A stretch of DNA of 64,000 bases from Octopus sinensis (Eukaryota). The stretch spans positions 102,362,001 through 102,426,000 of the forward strand of contig NC_042997.1 in NCBI RefSeq assembly GCF_006345805.1, in the 5' to 3' direction. Both the position numbers and the translations under genes were made by a program. Under the pieces are notes generated by a model that saw nothing but the letters and a program-made list of their open reading frames with translations, made no database searches and was not told where the DNA came from. Of this stretch, positions 14,720 through 26,106 are shown piece after piece. How positions within the stretch are numbered: the stretch's first letter is position 1; every line of letters starts with the position of its first letter.

Positions 14720-14994
14720 TTGATGAAATTTTATTTAAATAATTCTAATATCAGGACAAATTGATTTGTAACTTAAAAACATGTAAATGCTTTATATCAT
14801 TATATTTAATAATGAATAAATTACTTCATGTCTGCATTATTTTGAAGGAGTATTTGTATTTTGCATTAATGCAGACACGTAGGTAATTTATTCATTATCA
14901 AATATAATGATATAAATCATTTACATGTTTTTAAGTTACGAAACAATTTGTTGTGATGATAGAATTTTGCTATTGTTAAATAAAATTTCATCAA
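14720..14994. repeat. ~275-bp imperfect palindrome (foldback/MITE-like)
   Basis: Arms of ~120 bp (TTGATGAAATTTTATTTAA...GTCTGCATTA and TAATGCAGAC...TTAAATAAAATTTCATCAA) around a ~27-bp loop. Confidence 0.85.
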
Positions 14995-15252
14995 GAGCTT
15001 GCATCTTCTGAGCCACACCCATTTGTGCGTGCGTGCGTGCGTGTGTGTGTGTGTGTGTGTGTATGTGCATATATGCGCGCGCGCACACATGTATATGGTA
15101 TCTATTCGCTGTTTTTATATATTCTTCATTTAGACTATATATTTCATTAATAAAAAGTGTCTTGCTTCTTTTAAAGTTGGCAAATTTCGGGTAATTTTAG
15201 CCGATCGAAATCCAATTTTAGACACATTAATGTAAATCTCACATAAGTGTCT

Positions 15253-15266
15253 GTTTCCATAGTAAC
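15253..15266. promoter_or_regulatory. Candidate RFX X-box
   Basis: GTTTCCATAGTAAC matches the GTHNYY-AT-RRNAAC consensus and lies in a non-repetitive, relatively GC-richer island next to a minus-strand donor-like site (TAT|GTGAGA at 15243). Confidence 0.3.
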
Positions 15267-15594
15267 AAGCAAAGCCGTAGTCTGCCTATTTTCATTGTAA
15301 CAAGGACACTGTACGAGCGTGTCTGTGATACTTTCACCATCGCAACCACCACCACAAGTTTTGGCGAGAATCAGTTTGTGACAGACAGCAATCACGCAGA
15401 AAATATCAGCTTCCCTGTTTCCTGCTTGGCTAAAAATTATCACACTTTGAACCTCATTTTCCTTTTTTTTTTCTGGAATAAATGAATCCCAAATTCGAAT
15501 TCAGCGTATAAAGATCACACCAATGTACCAAATCTGAACATTTTCACTTGATTTTGAAATTTCCAAATCTGTGACAGCAACCGACAAGAGCCTC

Positions 15595-15625
<31 letters not shown>

Positions 15626-15636
15626 TTGTATATATA

Positions 15637-15705
<69 letters not shown>

Positions 15706-16629
15706 AATATTAGTTCATTCAATCATTTAGATACTACATTTAGAACAAATTTATTAAACTGTGCTTTTATCTAATTTTGTAAGTAGGCAGAACACACAAA
15801 ACACCTTAAATATGCACCTCTGATATATTTTCATACCCCTCTGTAGAAAACATGGACTCGTTCAGTTGTATTCAAATTTGTTGTGTACGACCCGTTCTTA
15901 TAACGGAAAGCATTGTGTAGAGAATAAAGGAAATGGTCTGAAAATGAATTGTCTTTTTCTAAGAAAATTGAAGTCGCATATTTTCAACGAATAAATTTAA
16001 CCAGACGTGATATAATATTATTCATAAACACAGAAACAAAGATTTTTCTATTGAATGCACTATGAGTGTACTCCAAACTCTTTGGTATAGCAGGAGAAAG
16101 TATGCTTGCCTATTCAAATTGTCACGTCTCCATAGATTGTCTTTGCGGTAATGTTTGTTTAATTCCACTTTGCATTATGTTGAATTATAAGCACATTTAT
16201 CTGGAATGAATAAGAAAATATTTGTCAAGTGATACTTAATGAGAAGTTTCGTTTCGAGTGATCAATTTAAGATAGAAATATTTTCTTAGGTATATTTAGA
16301 TAGAAAGAATGTGGCAGCAGTAACAATAATAGTAATAATTACAACCACAGTAACAACAACAAATTCTAGATATTTGTCAGACCAATAATATAGTATAATG
16401 GAACAGCGGCAAAACCATCTCAAATCCCGGCAGGAATTGCAAATCCGTGTATTGTCTTAGCAATGACGACGGCGATGATGATGATGATGAGGAGGACGAC
16501 GACTACGAAGACGGCGGCAGTGGTGATTGTGGTAGGAATATTTCGATGATGATGATGACAACGACGATAAAGAAGATTATTAATGATACTTTCTACCATA
16601 GGTATAAGGTCTGAAACTTTGAGGATTGA

Positions 16630-17252
16630 GGCTAGTCGGTTACATCGACATCAAGTGCTCAATTGGTACTTAAATTATCAATCTCGAAAGGATGAAAGGC
16701 AAAGTCGACCCCGGCGGAATTTGAACTCGGAACATAAGGACGGACGAAATGCCGCTAAGCATTTTGCCCGGCGTTTTAACGATTCTGCCAGCTCGTTCGT
16801 TGTCTTAAGAGAAATAGGTTTTTAAAATGTTATGAAACAAAAATACTATCAAATAAATTACAAGTCTTTTAATATGGGTATATTAGAAGACACTTGAGAA
16901 TATCATGGATAGAACACAAAACCTATTATGAATTTCAAAAAGATGGTATATTGAATACCATGAAAAAGAGAAAACTAAACTATCTTAGAAAGTTAATAAG
17001 AAAACTTGTCCATTTTTTTGCCTCCGACTAATAGTCTTTACGATGACAATTGGTAAAAGGCGATAACCAATGGAAAGAAAAGTAGAAAAAGCGTAGAACG
17101 GGGTGAAATAGTAGCAAGAATTGGGAAGATTTATAAAGATATAGTAATGTATAAAGAGAAGAAAAGAAAGACTGAGGTGGTGACCCGTAATATTCAACCT
17201 ACTGAAAGCAAATGATAATTGTTAATCCCATTACGCTTTCAGTAAAAAATGT
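16630..17252. repeat. Right arm of the inverted duplication; RTE-LINE C-terminal fragment (+) joined to SINE A (-)
   Basis: Plus-strand translation ~RRHLRISWIEHKT...ILNTMKKRKLNYL resembles the RTE ORF C-terminus; reverse complement of 9770-10400. Confidence 0.8.
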
Positions 17253-17924
17253 ACGTGTGCTATCGAACCCGAAAGGATGAAAGGCAAAGTCAATCTCGGT
17301 AGAATTTTAAAACCGGAAGAAATGCTGTGAAGTATTTCGTCCGGCGTGCTAACGACTCTGCTAGCGTGCTCCTTACGCTGATTATTAATAATGGTTTCAA
17401 ATTTTGATACAAGACCAGCAATTTCGGGGGAAGAGGTAAGTCGATTACATGGATCCCAGTGCTCAACTGGCACTTATTTTATCAACCCTGGATGGCTGAA
17501 ATGCAAAGTCGACCTCGGTGGAATCTGAACTCAGAACGTAATGAACCGGAAGAAATGCCGTGAAGCATTTTGTCCGGCGTACTAACTACTCCGCCAGCTA
17601 GCCGCCTTACACTGATAATCAATAACGATGAGGAAATTTCAGTGGCACAGGTTTGCTGGCGTGGAGCCATATTCTAAATGGAATGTAAATTCCTGTACCA
17701 AACTTGCCCAAGACACAATCCTCATCAGGAAGTTCTCCCACAGAAGTTTCAAATCTCATGTCAATTCGAATCGAAGTCACTCTGTCTCTTCAATTTGTGA
17801 ATGCAACGTTGAAGTTCAGTTGGAATAACATGACGAACCACAACACCACCAACAAACAAGATGATGATGATGATGATGATGCCACAGCTGTTGTTGCGGT
17901 GTTGCTGCTGTTGCTAATGGTGAT

Positions 17925-17960
<36 letters not shown>

Positions 17961-18497
17961 TGCGGCGACAGTGGTGGCGGTGGAGAAATACTAAATCCTT
18001 TGATCAGGAATAACGAAGTAAACATTTTATTTTATGGAATTGACTGGGTACATTATTTTATTGGTTAAACAGAGGAAGAGGTGCGGCGCTTCTTTTAGAG
18101 ATTCATTACAAAGTGGTGAGATCGACAGGGATTCATGAGGATAATGATTAACAAAATCATGACTGATAAAAACCATTTAATGTGGTCTTCCTGATGAGTA
18201 AGTTTGTTTATTGATACACATTGATACACGTTAAGGTGAATGGAAATAGATAAGAAACAAAGGTGGCTAGTGAGGCTGGAAGACGGCTGTTTACAACTCT
18301 CCTGTTGAGAGAGACAGAAGCTGTGATGGAGAAGGAACAGCGGGACTGTAGGCCAGAGATGATAATGCGAAGGTGAGTGAGGGAGCGATGGCGATTTTTG
18401 CCAATCAGTCGAATAAACGTCTTTTAGCTGTGGTCTTCGATGTTTGTATATGCAAAAGTAGCACTGTCTCAGACATGGCAGCAATATCCCTTAATGA

Positions 18498-18725
18498 AGG
18501 CGGCGAGCTGGCAGAAACGTTAGCACGCCGGGCGAAATGCGTGGCCGTATTTCGTCTGCCGTTACGTTCTGGGTTCAAATTCCGCCGAGGTCGACTTTGC
18601 CTTTCATCCTTTCGGGGTCGACAAATTAAGTACCAGTTACGCACTGGGGTCGATCTAATCGACTTAATCCGTTTTTCTGTCCTTGTTTGTCCCCTCTGTG
18701 TTTAGCCCCTTGTGGGTAGTAAAGA
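18498..18725 (+). mobile_element. tRNA-derived SINE, family A (young, near full-length)
   Basis: GGCGGCGAGCTGGCAGAAACG...GTTCAAATTCC...GGGGTCGA...GCCCCTTGTGGGTAGTAAAGA. Confidence 0.85.
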
Positions 18726-19769
18726 TATAAATATACCTTAATGAAGCTTACATGAGGTTTGTAGAGAGCTTAGCAACTGTTCAGATCTGAAGTATTTTTC
18801 CGTTCCTAAAGAAGGTTAGTCAATGGGATGCAGTTTTTTTTATTGTGTTATGGATGTAAGAGCTCATTAGTGATTATGGAGCCTAGCATTTGTAGAGACC
18901 CCGGAAGTTTTAACTGTGTTTTGTCCAAGATTGGAGCAGGTAAGGCACAATATTCTTTTCTTGATAAAAGCAGTGATTATGTATTTGTGTTAAAAGAAAC
19001 TAGATTATCGGGCTCCCAGTGAATGATGTTTTCGGAGATCACTATTCATAGAGGCAGTGCAGGTTTGGCGAGTGACATATAAGTTACATCCGGATGACTC
19101 TTGTATGTAGAAGTTTAAGAAAGGTTAAAGAATGAGACTTCTTACGCAGGAGTGAGCGCAGTTGTTTAGCCCCCATGTTGGCCATGAGAAAGTAGAAAGG
19201 CTGTGATGATCAAAAGTCATTCCTGCCAGGATCACACGGCCTCTTTTCTGGAACAGTGTGCACTAGACAATATTATCCAATGTATCTGTTTTAGTGTATG
19301 GTTTGAAACAGATTTAGTCGCTATTTCTAGTAAGATAACCTCTAGTAAGATAAGAGGCTCCATTGCTGTTAAAAATTGCAGCAAGCATTGCGTTGAGTTA
19401 AGGAAGATGAGTGGGAAGACAATTGAATCTTGAGGTACACCAGACTTTGTAGACTGTGTGTCGGAAAGTAGGCCGTCAGTACGCCCTGCAATGGAACTAT
19501 TTAATGGGAAGCTTCCAACCCATGGAATGAAAGATGGATGAAACCCATAAGTGGAAGTTAGTTAGGGGATTCTCATACCAGAAATATTGTCTAGTGCACA
19601 CTGTTCCAGAAAAGAGGCTGTGTGATCCCGGCAGGAATGACTTTTGATCATCACAGCCTTTCTGCTCTCTCATGACCAACATAGAGGTTAAACAACTGCG
19701 CTCACTCCTGTGTAAGATGTCTCACTCTTTAACCTTCCTTACCAGAAAAGACAAAGGCTTCGCTGAAAT

Positions 19770-19970
19770 CAATCGCTTTTGTTACAGTTCTCTATGGTAC
19801 AGGAATCCTGGTTAACAACACAGAAGAACAGGTTTCCAATAGACATGGTTCTACGGAAACCGTAATGGTGATGAAGACAGCAATTGTTAATAACTGTTAC
19901 AATCGCATTTGAGATATTGGAACTGAGATCGATTGGTCGGTAATTGGCAATGTCATAGAGGCTCCATTTA
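19770..19970 (-). pseudogene. Degenerate LINE (CR1/Jockey-like) reverse transcriptase fragment
   Basis: ANYRPIDLSSNISNAIVTVIN...HHYGFRRTMS resembles the NYRPISL..SK..E / QYGFR..RST RT N-terminal motifs. Confidence 0.55.
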
Positions 19971-20022
19971 CTGTAGATGCAAATACTGTAACATGTTTCT
20001 GATGTTTGCAATAGAACTGTGG

Positions 20023-20100
<78 letters not shown>

Positions 20101-21370
20101 CCGACAGACAATACGTCAGAGACGGAGAATGTCGTTAGATTTGTTTGTCTGAAGCGACTGGGATTATTTTTGCTCTTGGTATCTAATGTTTATGTGGAAG
20201 TGAGATTGATGAAATGGATGGGGAATGCAAGGAGGGATTTTGCCAAATGTGTGTATTATGAAGTTGCACGCAAAATAGGCTACCACTGTGAAAGCTTTCT
20301 CCGCAAAAGATCATTCTGGTTGAGGATTGATTGATTAGAATATTTCGCAACATTGATAAATATCTGCTTGGCAATAGACTATGGGGTTGATTTAATCAAC
20401 TCAACCTTAATCCTAAACAAGAAACATCACTTGGTTCAATACGCTTTTTGTATAAATATAGCAATAAACGTGGCACACACTTTCTCGTCACTAATCGGCA
20501 ATTCTCCCCATCCGAACATAAGAACCAGAAACTATTCAATAGGAACAACAAAAATGCTGCATTCAGTAGCACAAAAATTATAAACTATACCATACAAACA
20601 GTAAACTGCAATATAATACGCAACACACAATATATATCTGAAAACACATGCAACTTCAATGGCCTATGGTAATGTCTTAAGAGGAAACTGTCTTAAAATC
20701 AAAGAAGGCGTGTACCGCCTTATGGAAACGGTGTGCTCATAAAATTTTGCTGTAAAACTGTATAACGCGAAATGTACTTCCTTTGGCCTTCCATGTTTAT
20801 TAACTTCTATGTTCATTGACTTCCATGTTGATTGACTTCCATGTGTATTGACGTCCATGTATCACAGAAGTCAATGGAAAATAAGTTTCACATTACGGTA
20901 AAATTTCAGGAATGTAATGAAGGAGATGCTTGTAATCTTTAAAGCAACGATATCGCAAGAAAAACAGTTCGAAAAAATTATATCGGTAAAACCAACATAA
21001 CCTTCAACGTCAGATATACACAACACTTACATTCATTTTGAGAAGTAACCAGACGTCCCTGATTAAATACATCTGTGGTTTTAAAAAAACATGTTTTCCA
21101 AAAAACGGCATATAAAAGGTAGTGCACCTCACTTGTTTATTTTCCTGAAAATACCTCTTATTCATCACAGAAAACACAACATAATCATATAAAGCACAAA
21201 TTATAAAACAAAAGAAATTAGATCATATCACACTGCATACACCAAAACATGTTTATCCTAGAAAATTATCTGAACTACAAACAGGACAGACAATCAACGA
21301 TATCTAACGGTAAAAACCAAACCAACACCAACAGAATAGTAATCTCAATCTATCTAGAAAAAAACACAGC

Positions 21371-21575
21371 TGTTGTGTGTAGTTTGTGTTATGATGGGAA
21401 AGACACCAATTGAAAACCATTGTTATGTTTACGTGTTTATTGACTTTACATGTTACACGGACGACGACGTTCAGCGTAGTAATACATTATATACTTTACA
21501 CACAGTTTGTACTATTCACTACAAAATAGTGCCAAGAGTGGGGATGTACGTATACACAGATATGAATGTGTAACA
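21371..21575 (-). repeat. 3' LTR (205 bp, complete)
   Basis: Minus strand TGTTACA...CACAACA; preceded by PPT AAGAAGAAGGGA (21576-21587); TATATAA at 21487-21493 and AATAAA at 21436-21441. Confidence 0.9.
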
Positions 21576-21677
21576 TCCCTTCTTCTTGAAAAAAATATAA
21601 AGGGGTCTTCTGGCAGTGAAGACAATTATGAGTAGTCTCCCTTGCTCCATGGATTGTCAGCCTGTCTTTTTTTTTCT

Positions 21678-24026
21678 TTAGCGATATCGAACCAGTGGCA
21701 GAATGTTCTTTCTCCATCTGGTGGATCTTGTGCTTCGCACCGGTGTCTGAGGTGTGTTGTTGGGCTGCTGATATGTGGTTTGTGCCCGTTGGGATGATGA
21801 TTCTATGGGTGTTGTCACTAATGCAGCAGGTGTTGTACACGTTTTCCTCGGCAGCTCTGGTGTTGGGCGGATGTGGGCCCTGTTGCGTCTCAGCTGCCTA
21901 CCAGATTCTGTTTCTATTATATATGATCTTGGAGTTTCAGCTCTACTGACAACCTGTACTGGGATCCATGTTTTAGTTATGGGATCTTGAGTATGCACAT
22001 GTTGTCCTCCAAGCATCTCAGGTAAATATTGTGCATGTTTGTTGTAATACCTCTGTGATTGTTCCTGAGTGGCTGCTAGCTTTGCCCTTGTCTCTTCCTG
22101 GTCAATAGGAGGTTGGATCTTAGTTGGCAGAGTATACTTCCTGCCATTCAGCAATTCTGCTGGGGATTTCATATCAGCTCTCAGTGGTGTCGCTCGTAGG
22201 GACAGAAGTGCCAGGTGTGGGTCTTCCTTAGTCTCTCGGCATTTGACTAGTGTTCTCTTCACTGTCTGCACCTGTCTTTCTATAAACCCATGGCCTTTGG
22301 GGTAGTGTGGAGATGAAGTTGTAATATTGAACCCATACTCATCGGCTAGCTTTTTGAATTCTTGTGATGTGAACTGGGTTCCCTTGTCACATATGATCTG
22401 CTCTGGTATTCCTTGCTCTGCTAGGAGTCCTCGAGCCACTGTAGTGATTGTTTTGGCTGTCAGGTCTTTCACTTTTCTCACAAATGGAAATTTGGAGTAG
22501 TAGCAGGCCATTATTAAATACCATTCTTGGCCCTCTGTGAATAGATCTACTCCAATAGTTTGCCATGGCCTTCTTGGAATGTCACTAGATATCATTTCCT
22601 CCTTTTGTTGTGAGGTTTCCTCTTTGATTTCCACTAGCTTATCGGTTGTCACATTTACAATGTGGTGGACCTTTCTGCTTAGTCCTTCCATCTCCTGTTT
22701 GTTTGTGATTGGTGGTCGGTCTCTGATAGGCATATCACTGTCAATCCTGCTTGGAGCTGCTTTCACTTCAGTATTGACCGACACAATATTTAACCTCCTG
22801 CAGGTATCGAGTCCAAGAATTGCTGGGCCTTCTGTTCTTGTGACATAAAATGTACACTCGATTGATTTCTCTTTGTGTGTCCCCCTAATCGTTGTTTTAC
22901 CCAGTTGTGGAATCCTGGTTCCTCCGTACGCAGTGAGGACCACATCACTTGGTGTGAGGATTCCTTTCCTGACCCTATCCTCTTCTGTCATATTTTCTGG
23001 GAACATCTTCTTGTATAAGCTGACAGGCAAGATATCACTCTGGGCCCCAGTGTCTATCTTCAGCCTTAAGTCAATGTTTGTTCTTTTCCTTTCGGCCTTC
23101 TTTTCAATTCTTATTGTCGTGTATGCCTCATCTTCTTTCTTCCGGTCGTCCTTTCCCATCTCATGCACATTTATTATGCCGATTGCCAAGAATTCCTCCT
23201 CTGAGGTGCTTTGTTCCTGTTGTTGTGCATGTATATCTCTTCTATTTCTGCTCCTCTTTGAAAATTGGGGCTTGTATCTCTGGGATTTTGTTACCCTACA
23301 CATTTTTTTCCAGTGGTTAAGTTTTCCACATCCTTTGCAGTGTGTACCGAATGCAGGACATTTTTCCCGGTTATTAAATTCATGCTCTGTACCACAGTAC
23401 CGGCATGTTCTTTGTTTGTGGGTATGTGTCCTGTGCCTATATACAGTATCTACACTGCTATCTAGTGGGCTTGTTTGTAAGCTTAGTGAGGCCATCTGTT
23501 TGGTAGTAGCCTCGAATGCTCTTGCAGTGTCTACTGCTTCTACCAACTGGAGAGCGTCCTTACCTATAAGGGATTTCTGAACTTCTTTGTGGGCACACCC
23601 CCATATTAATTGGTCTACAAGTCTCTCCTCCCTGTCTTTGAATTTGCATTTCTCTGCAACATTTTTCAGTCTTGACAGGAAATTGTCTATTGTTTCGTGT
23701 GGGTCTTGTTTCAGGCCCTGGAATTCGTATCTGTGAATTCTATGGTTCGACCTGGGCTCTAGGTGCCTTTCAAATTTCTCAAGAAGTGTGTCTTGGTTAT
23801 TGCAGTCGAACTCTAACATATCCCAGCTATTGTATAGGTCTATTCCTTTATTACCTGACCATAAAAGGATATAGCTAACCTTTTCATCGTCAGTTGTGCC
23901 TTTCAGGAAACTTTTGAAAGCTAGTTGAGCTTTTTGTTTGAATTTTTTAAATTCTTCTAAGACATCACTCGAATCCCAATTCATAATTGGATGTAGATTC
24001 ATCTGTACGGCGACGGAGGTCGCCAT
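21678..24026 (-). CDS. Gag-aspartic protease-integrase core polyprotein (no RT/RNase H)
   Basis: Gag region (YILLWSG...LVDQLIWG); zinc knuckles CRYCGTEH..C and CKGCGKLNHWKKMC; protease LKIDTGA and AILGLDTC; integrase PWQTIGVDLF...ICDKGTQF...GFIER with D-35-E spacing; no YxDD RT motif. Confidence 0.9.
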   Translation of the reverse strand: MATSVAVQMNLHPIMNWDSSDVLEEFKKFKQKAQLAFKSFLKGTTDDEKVSYILLWSGNKGIDLYNSWDMLEFDCNNQDTLLEKFERHLEPRSNHRIHRYEFQGLKQDPHETIDNFLSRLKNVAEKCKFKDREERLVDQLIWGCAHKEVQKSLIGKDALQLVEAVDTARAFEATTKQMASLSLQTSPLDSSVDTVYRHRTHTHKQRTCRYCGTEHEFNNREKCPAFGTHCKGCGKLNHWKKMCRVTKSQRYKPQFSKRSRNRRDIHAQQQEQSTSEEEFLAIGIINVHEMGKDDRKKEDEAYTTIRIEKKAERKRTNIDLRLKIDTGAQSDILPVSLYKKMFPENMTEEDRVRKGILTPSDVVLTAYGGTRIPQLGKTTIRGTHKEKSIECTFYVTRTEGPAILGLDTCRRLNIVSVNTEVKAAPSRIDSDMPIRDRPPITNKQEMEGLSRKVHHIVNVTTDKLVEIKEETSQQKEEMISSDIPRRPWQTIGVDLFTEGQEWYLIMACYYSKFPFVRKVKDLTAKTITTVARGLLAEQGIPEQIICDKGTQFTSQEFKKLADEYGFNITTSSPHYPKGHGFIERQVQTVKRTLVKCRETKEDPHLALLSLRATPLRADMKSPAELLNGRKYTLPTKIQPPIDQEETRAKLAATQEQSQRYYNKHAQYLPEMLGGQHVHTQDPITKTWIPVQVVSRAETPRSYIIETESGRQLRRNRAHIRPTPELPRKTCTTPAALVTTPIESSSQRAQTTYQQPNNTPQTPVRSTRSTRWRKNILPLVRYR

Positions 24027-24135
24027 TTTGGATTCGTTGTTTATGTTGTCCGAAGGCGAAGCGATGTTTTGTTTGTTAATTTCCTGGTTCGTTGTGTTTC
24101 AGATTTGTTGTAAAGGCACAGCTTCCGTTTCATTA

Positions 24136-24151
24136 TTTACCGCTGTCACCA
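24136..24151 (-). promoter_or_regulatory. Primer-binding site (tRNA-Leu-like)
   Basis: Minus strand TGGTGACAGCGGT directly after the 5' LTR; near-complement of a tRNA-Leu 3' end (ACCGCUGCCACCA). Confidence 0.7.
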
Positions 24152-24231
24152 TGTTGTGTGTAGTTTGTGTTCTGATGGGAAAGACACCAATTGATAACCA
24201 TTGTTATGTTTACGTGTTTATTGACTTTACA
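24152..24231 (-). repeat. 5' LTR, truncated to 80 bp (U3 missing)
   Basis: 78/80 identical to 21371-21450; the TSD follows immediately at 24232. Confidence 0.9.
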
Positions 24232-24417
24232 ACAGCCATACTAACATTAAGAGAAATAGAGCCACAAACAACATATTCAAATCAGACATGTAAACATGCA
24301 CACAAACACACACACACACACACACACACACAACACACACACACACACACACACACACTCACTCACTCACACACACACGTACACACACAAGTCTTCTGTT
24401 TAATTTGATAAGCAAGC

Positions 24418-24532
24418 TACCTTCATATAAACAAGCAAATCTAATGACAATAACAGTTAAACTGACTAGATATAAGCAAATTAGCAAGTTTTGCTGTCAT
24501 TATCAATAGATTTACTTGGTTATTTGAAGGTA
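24418..24532. repeat. ~115-bp imperfect palindrome
   Basis: TACCTTCATATAAACAAGCAAATCTAATGACAATAACAG pairs with CTGTCATTATCAATAGATTTACTTGGTTATTTGAAGGTA (~33/39). Confidence 0.75.
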
Positions 24533-25424
24533 CCTTGTACTTCTAACTAGCCATAAACAACAGCTTCCCTGCTGTGACAGTTACCAGCCTCATTTTCTCA
24601 GCTGAGGGCAGAGTTGCATGTCTTCAGATAGTTCCATCTCTGAAGCAGCGGATGTCATGTGTTACTGAGCAAAAAGTATGCTTTCAATTTCTGATATATT
24701 GACCTTTTTTTATCTTCTTTCTATTCCCCCGCCCCCTCCCCGGATAGTTTTTAATCATTGTTTTTCTCCAAGGCACTTATTAAATAAATAAAAAAATATG
24801 TGAGTTTTTATGGGCAATTTTAACAACAGGCATGATTTGCGCAATCATAATAAACAGAAGCATTTTTTTCTCTTTTATTATTAGGGCGTTGTCCTCTTTT
24901 GTTAAAGAGTTACATTTATCTTTGTTACTTATAAAGGCGAGTAACATATGTGTGTAGGATAGCAGGGTCGTAAATTCTATGCAATTGTTTAATTAGGTGA
25001 ATGTGCTGTGCTAGTTCATGAAATAGCTGTTTGTGTCACAAACTGTATAAGAACGTGAAAATAATACATTATGACATAGTTCAACAAGTAATTTTATCAG
25101 AAATGATTTTAGGTGCATATAAAGATTTTTTTGCACTGGTTTTGAAACTATGTTTTGTTGTTGCTGTGGTTGTACCCCCACTATCACGTATATATATTCG
25201 ATATATTTCTATCTTTTAGGTTTTATATTTAAACGCATAATTTGGATTTTTTAGAGGTGTACCACTAGGAAGTATGTCGTCATACACTTGATAAGATGAA
25301 AGGAAAGTTGATAATTGGCTGAATGAGTCGTTGCTTTTGACTCATGGCATTTTTGTTGTTAAAACTTTGCACGGAGGAACTACGGAGAAGGGAATGAGAA
25401 TTGTTGTCATACAGTGGTGTAGTT

Positions 25425-25455
<31 letters not shown>

Positions 25456-26106
25456 TGGGGAAGCGGTAATGACAAAGTGAGACAGCATGAATGCAAGTGT
25501 CATCTGCCATAGTGTAACACTTAAAATAATACCAATTCAGGTAGCTTGGGTTGCAGACTCTTCACATTTGATGTCAAACATCAGCTGATACTAAATAACA
25601 CCTGACGTGAACGCCTAACTCTTTCGCCTTTTCTTCGTTTTGTTAGACCTTATATTAGAAACTGACTGATCACCATCAGTAACCCAGGTTGGTTCGTTTA
25701 CTGCTGATAGCATCAAGTATATTTGTAAAATATACTAGTCAGCTTTTGGTTGAGCTTAATCATTGTATTCAAAGAAAAATAGTGCTCAGTTTTTTTATGA
25801 CGTCATCATTCAATTTGGAAAGTTTGGTTGCTGTTTACAGAAAATTTCGTAATAGAAAATAATGAGATCTAGTTTCAAATGTCAGGCAAAGACATGCAAA
25901 CAGATGCTAAAAAATTACTGTTTGATTCAAATGAAAGCAACAACATTCGTAGCGCTAATATCTTAAAGAATAGTTCTCTTAATTTTCAATGGTTTAATTG
26001 CATTTGATACAGACGGAGTTCAAATCTATGAAGAGATTTTGAATTTATAGAAAGATAGGTTGTATTTCTTCTAATATGATTCTTCTCAGAAGAATGTAAT
26101 ATCATT

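Larger units (their letters stand above)
21371..24231 (-). mobile_element. Ty3/Gypsy (Mag-like) LTR retrotransposon, RT-less internal-deletion derivative
   Basis: 5-bp TSD ACAGC (21366-21370, 24232-24236); LTR copies at 21371-21575 and 24152-24231; PBS and PPT present; single 782-aa ORF. Confidence 0.92.

Noticed and set aside
22873-23580. 235-aa plus-strand ORF and its neighbours
   Set aside because: Antisense shadow of the Gag-PR-IN ORF.
25280-25510. Possible first coding exon MSQKQRLIQPIINFPFILSS with a GTATGA donor
   Set aside because: No recognisable homology, and no compatible downstream exon found (candidate 24530-24690 has stops in all frames tried).
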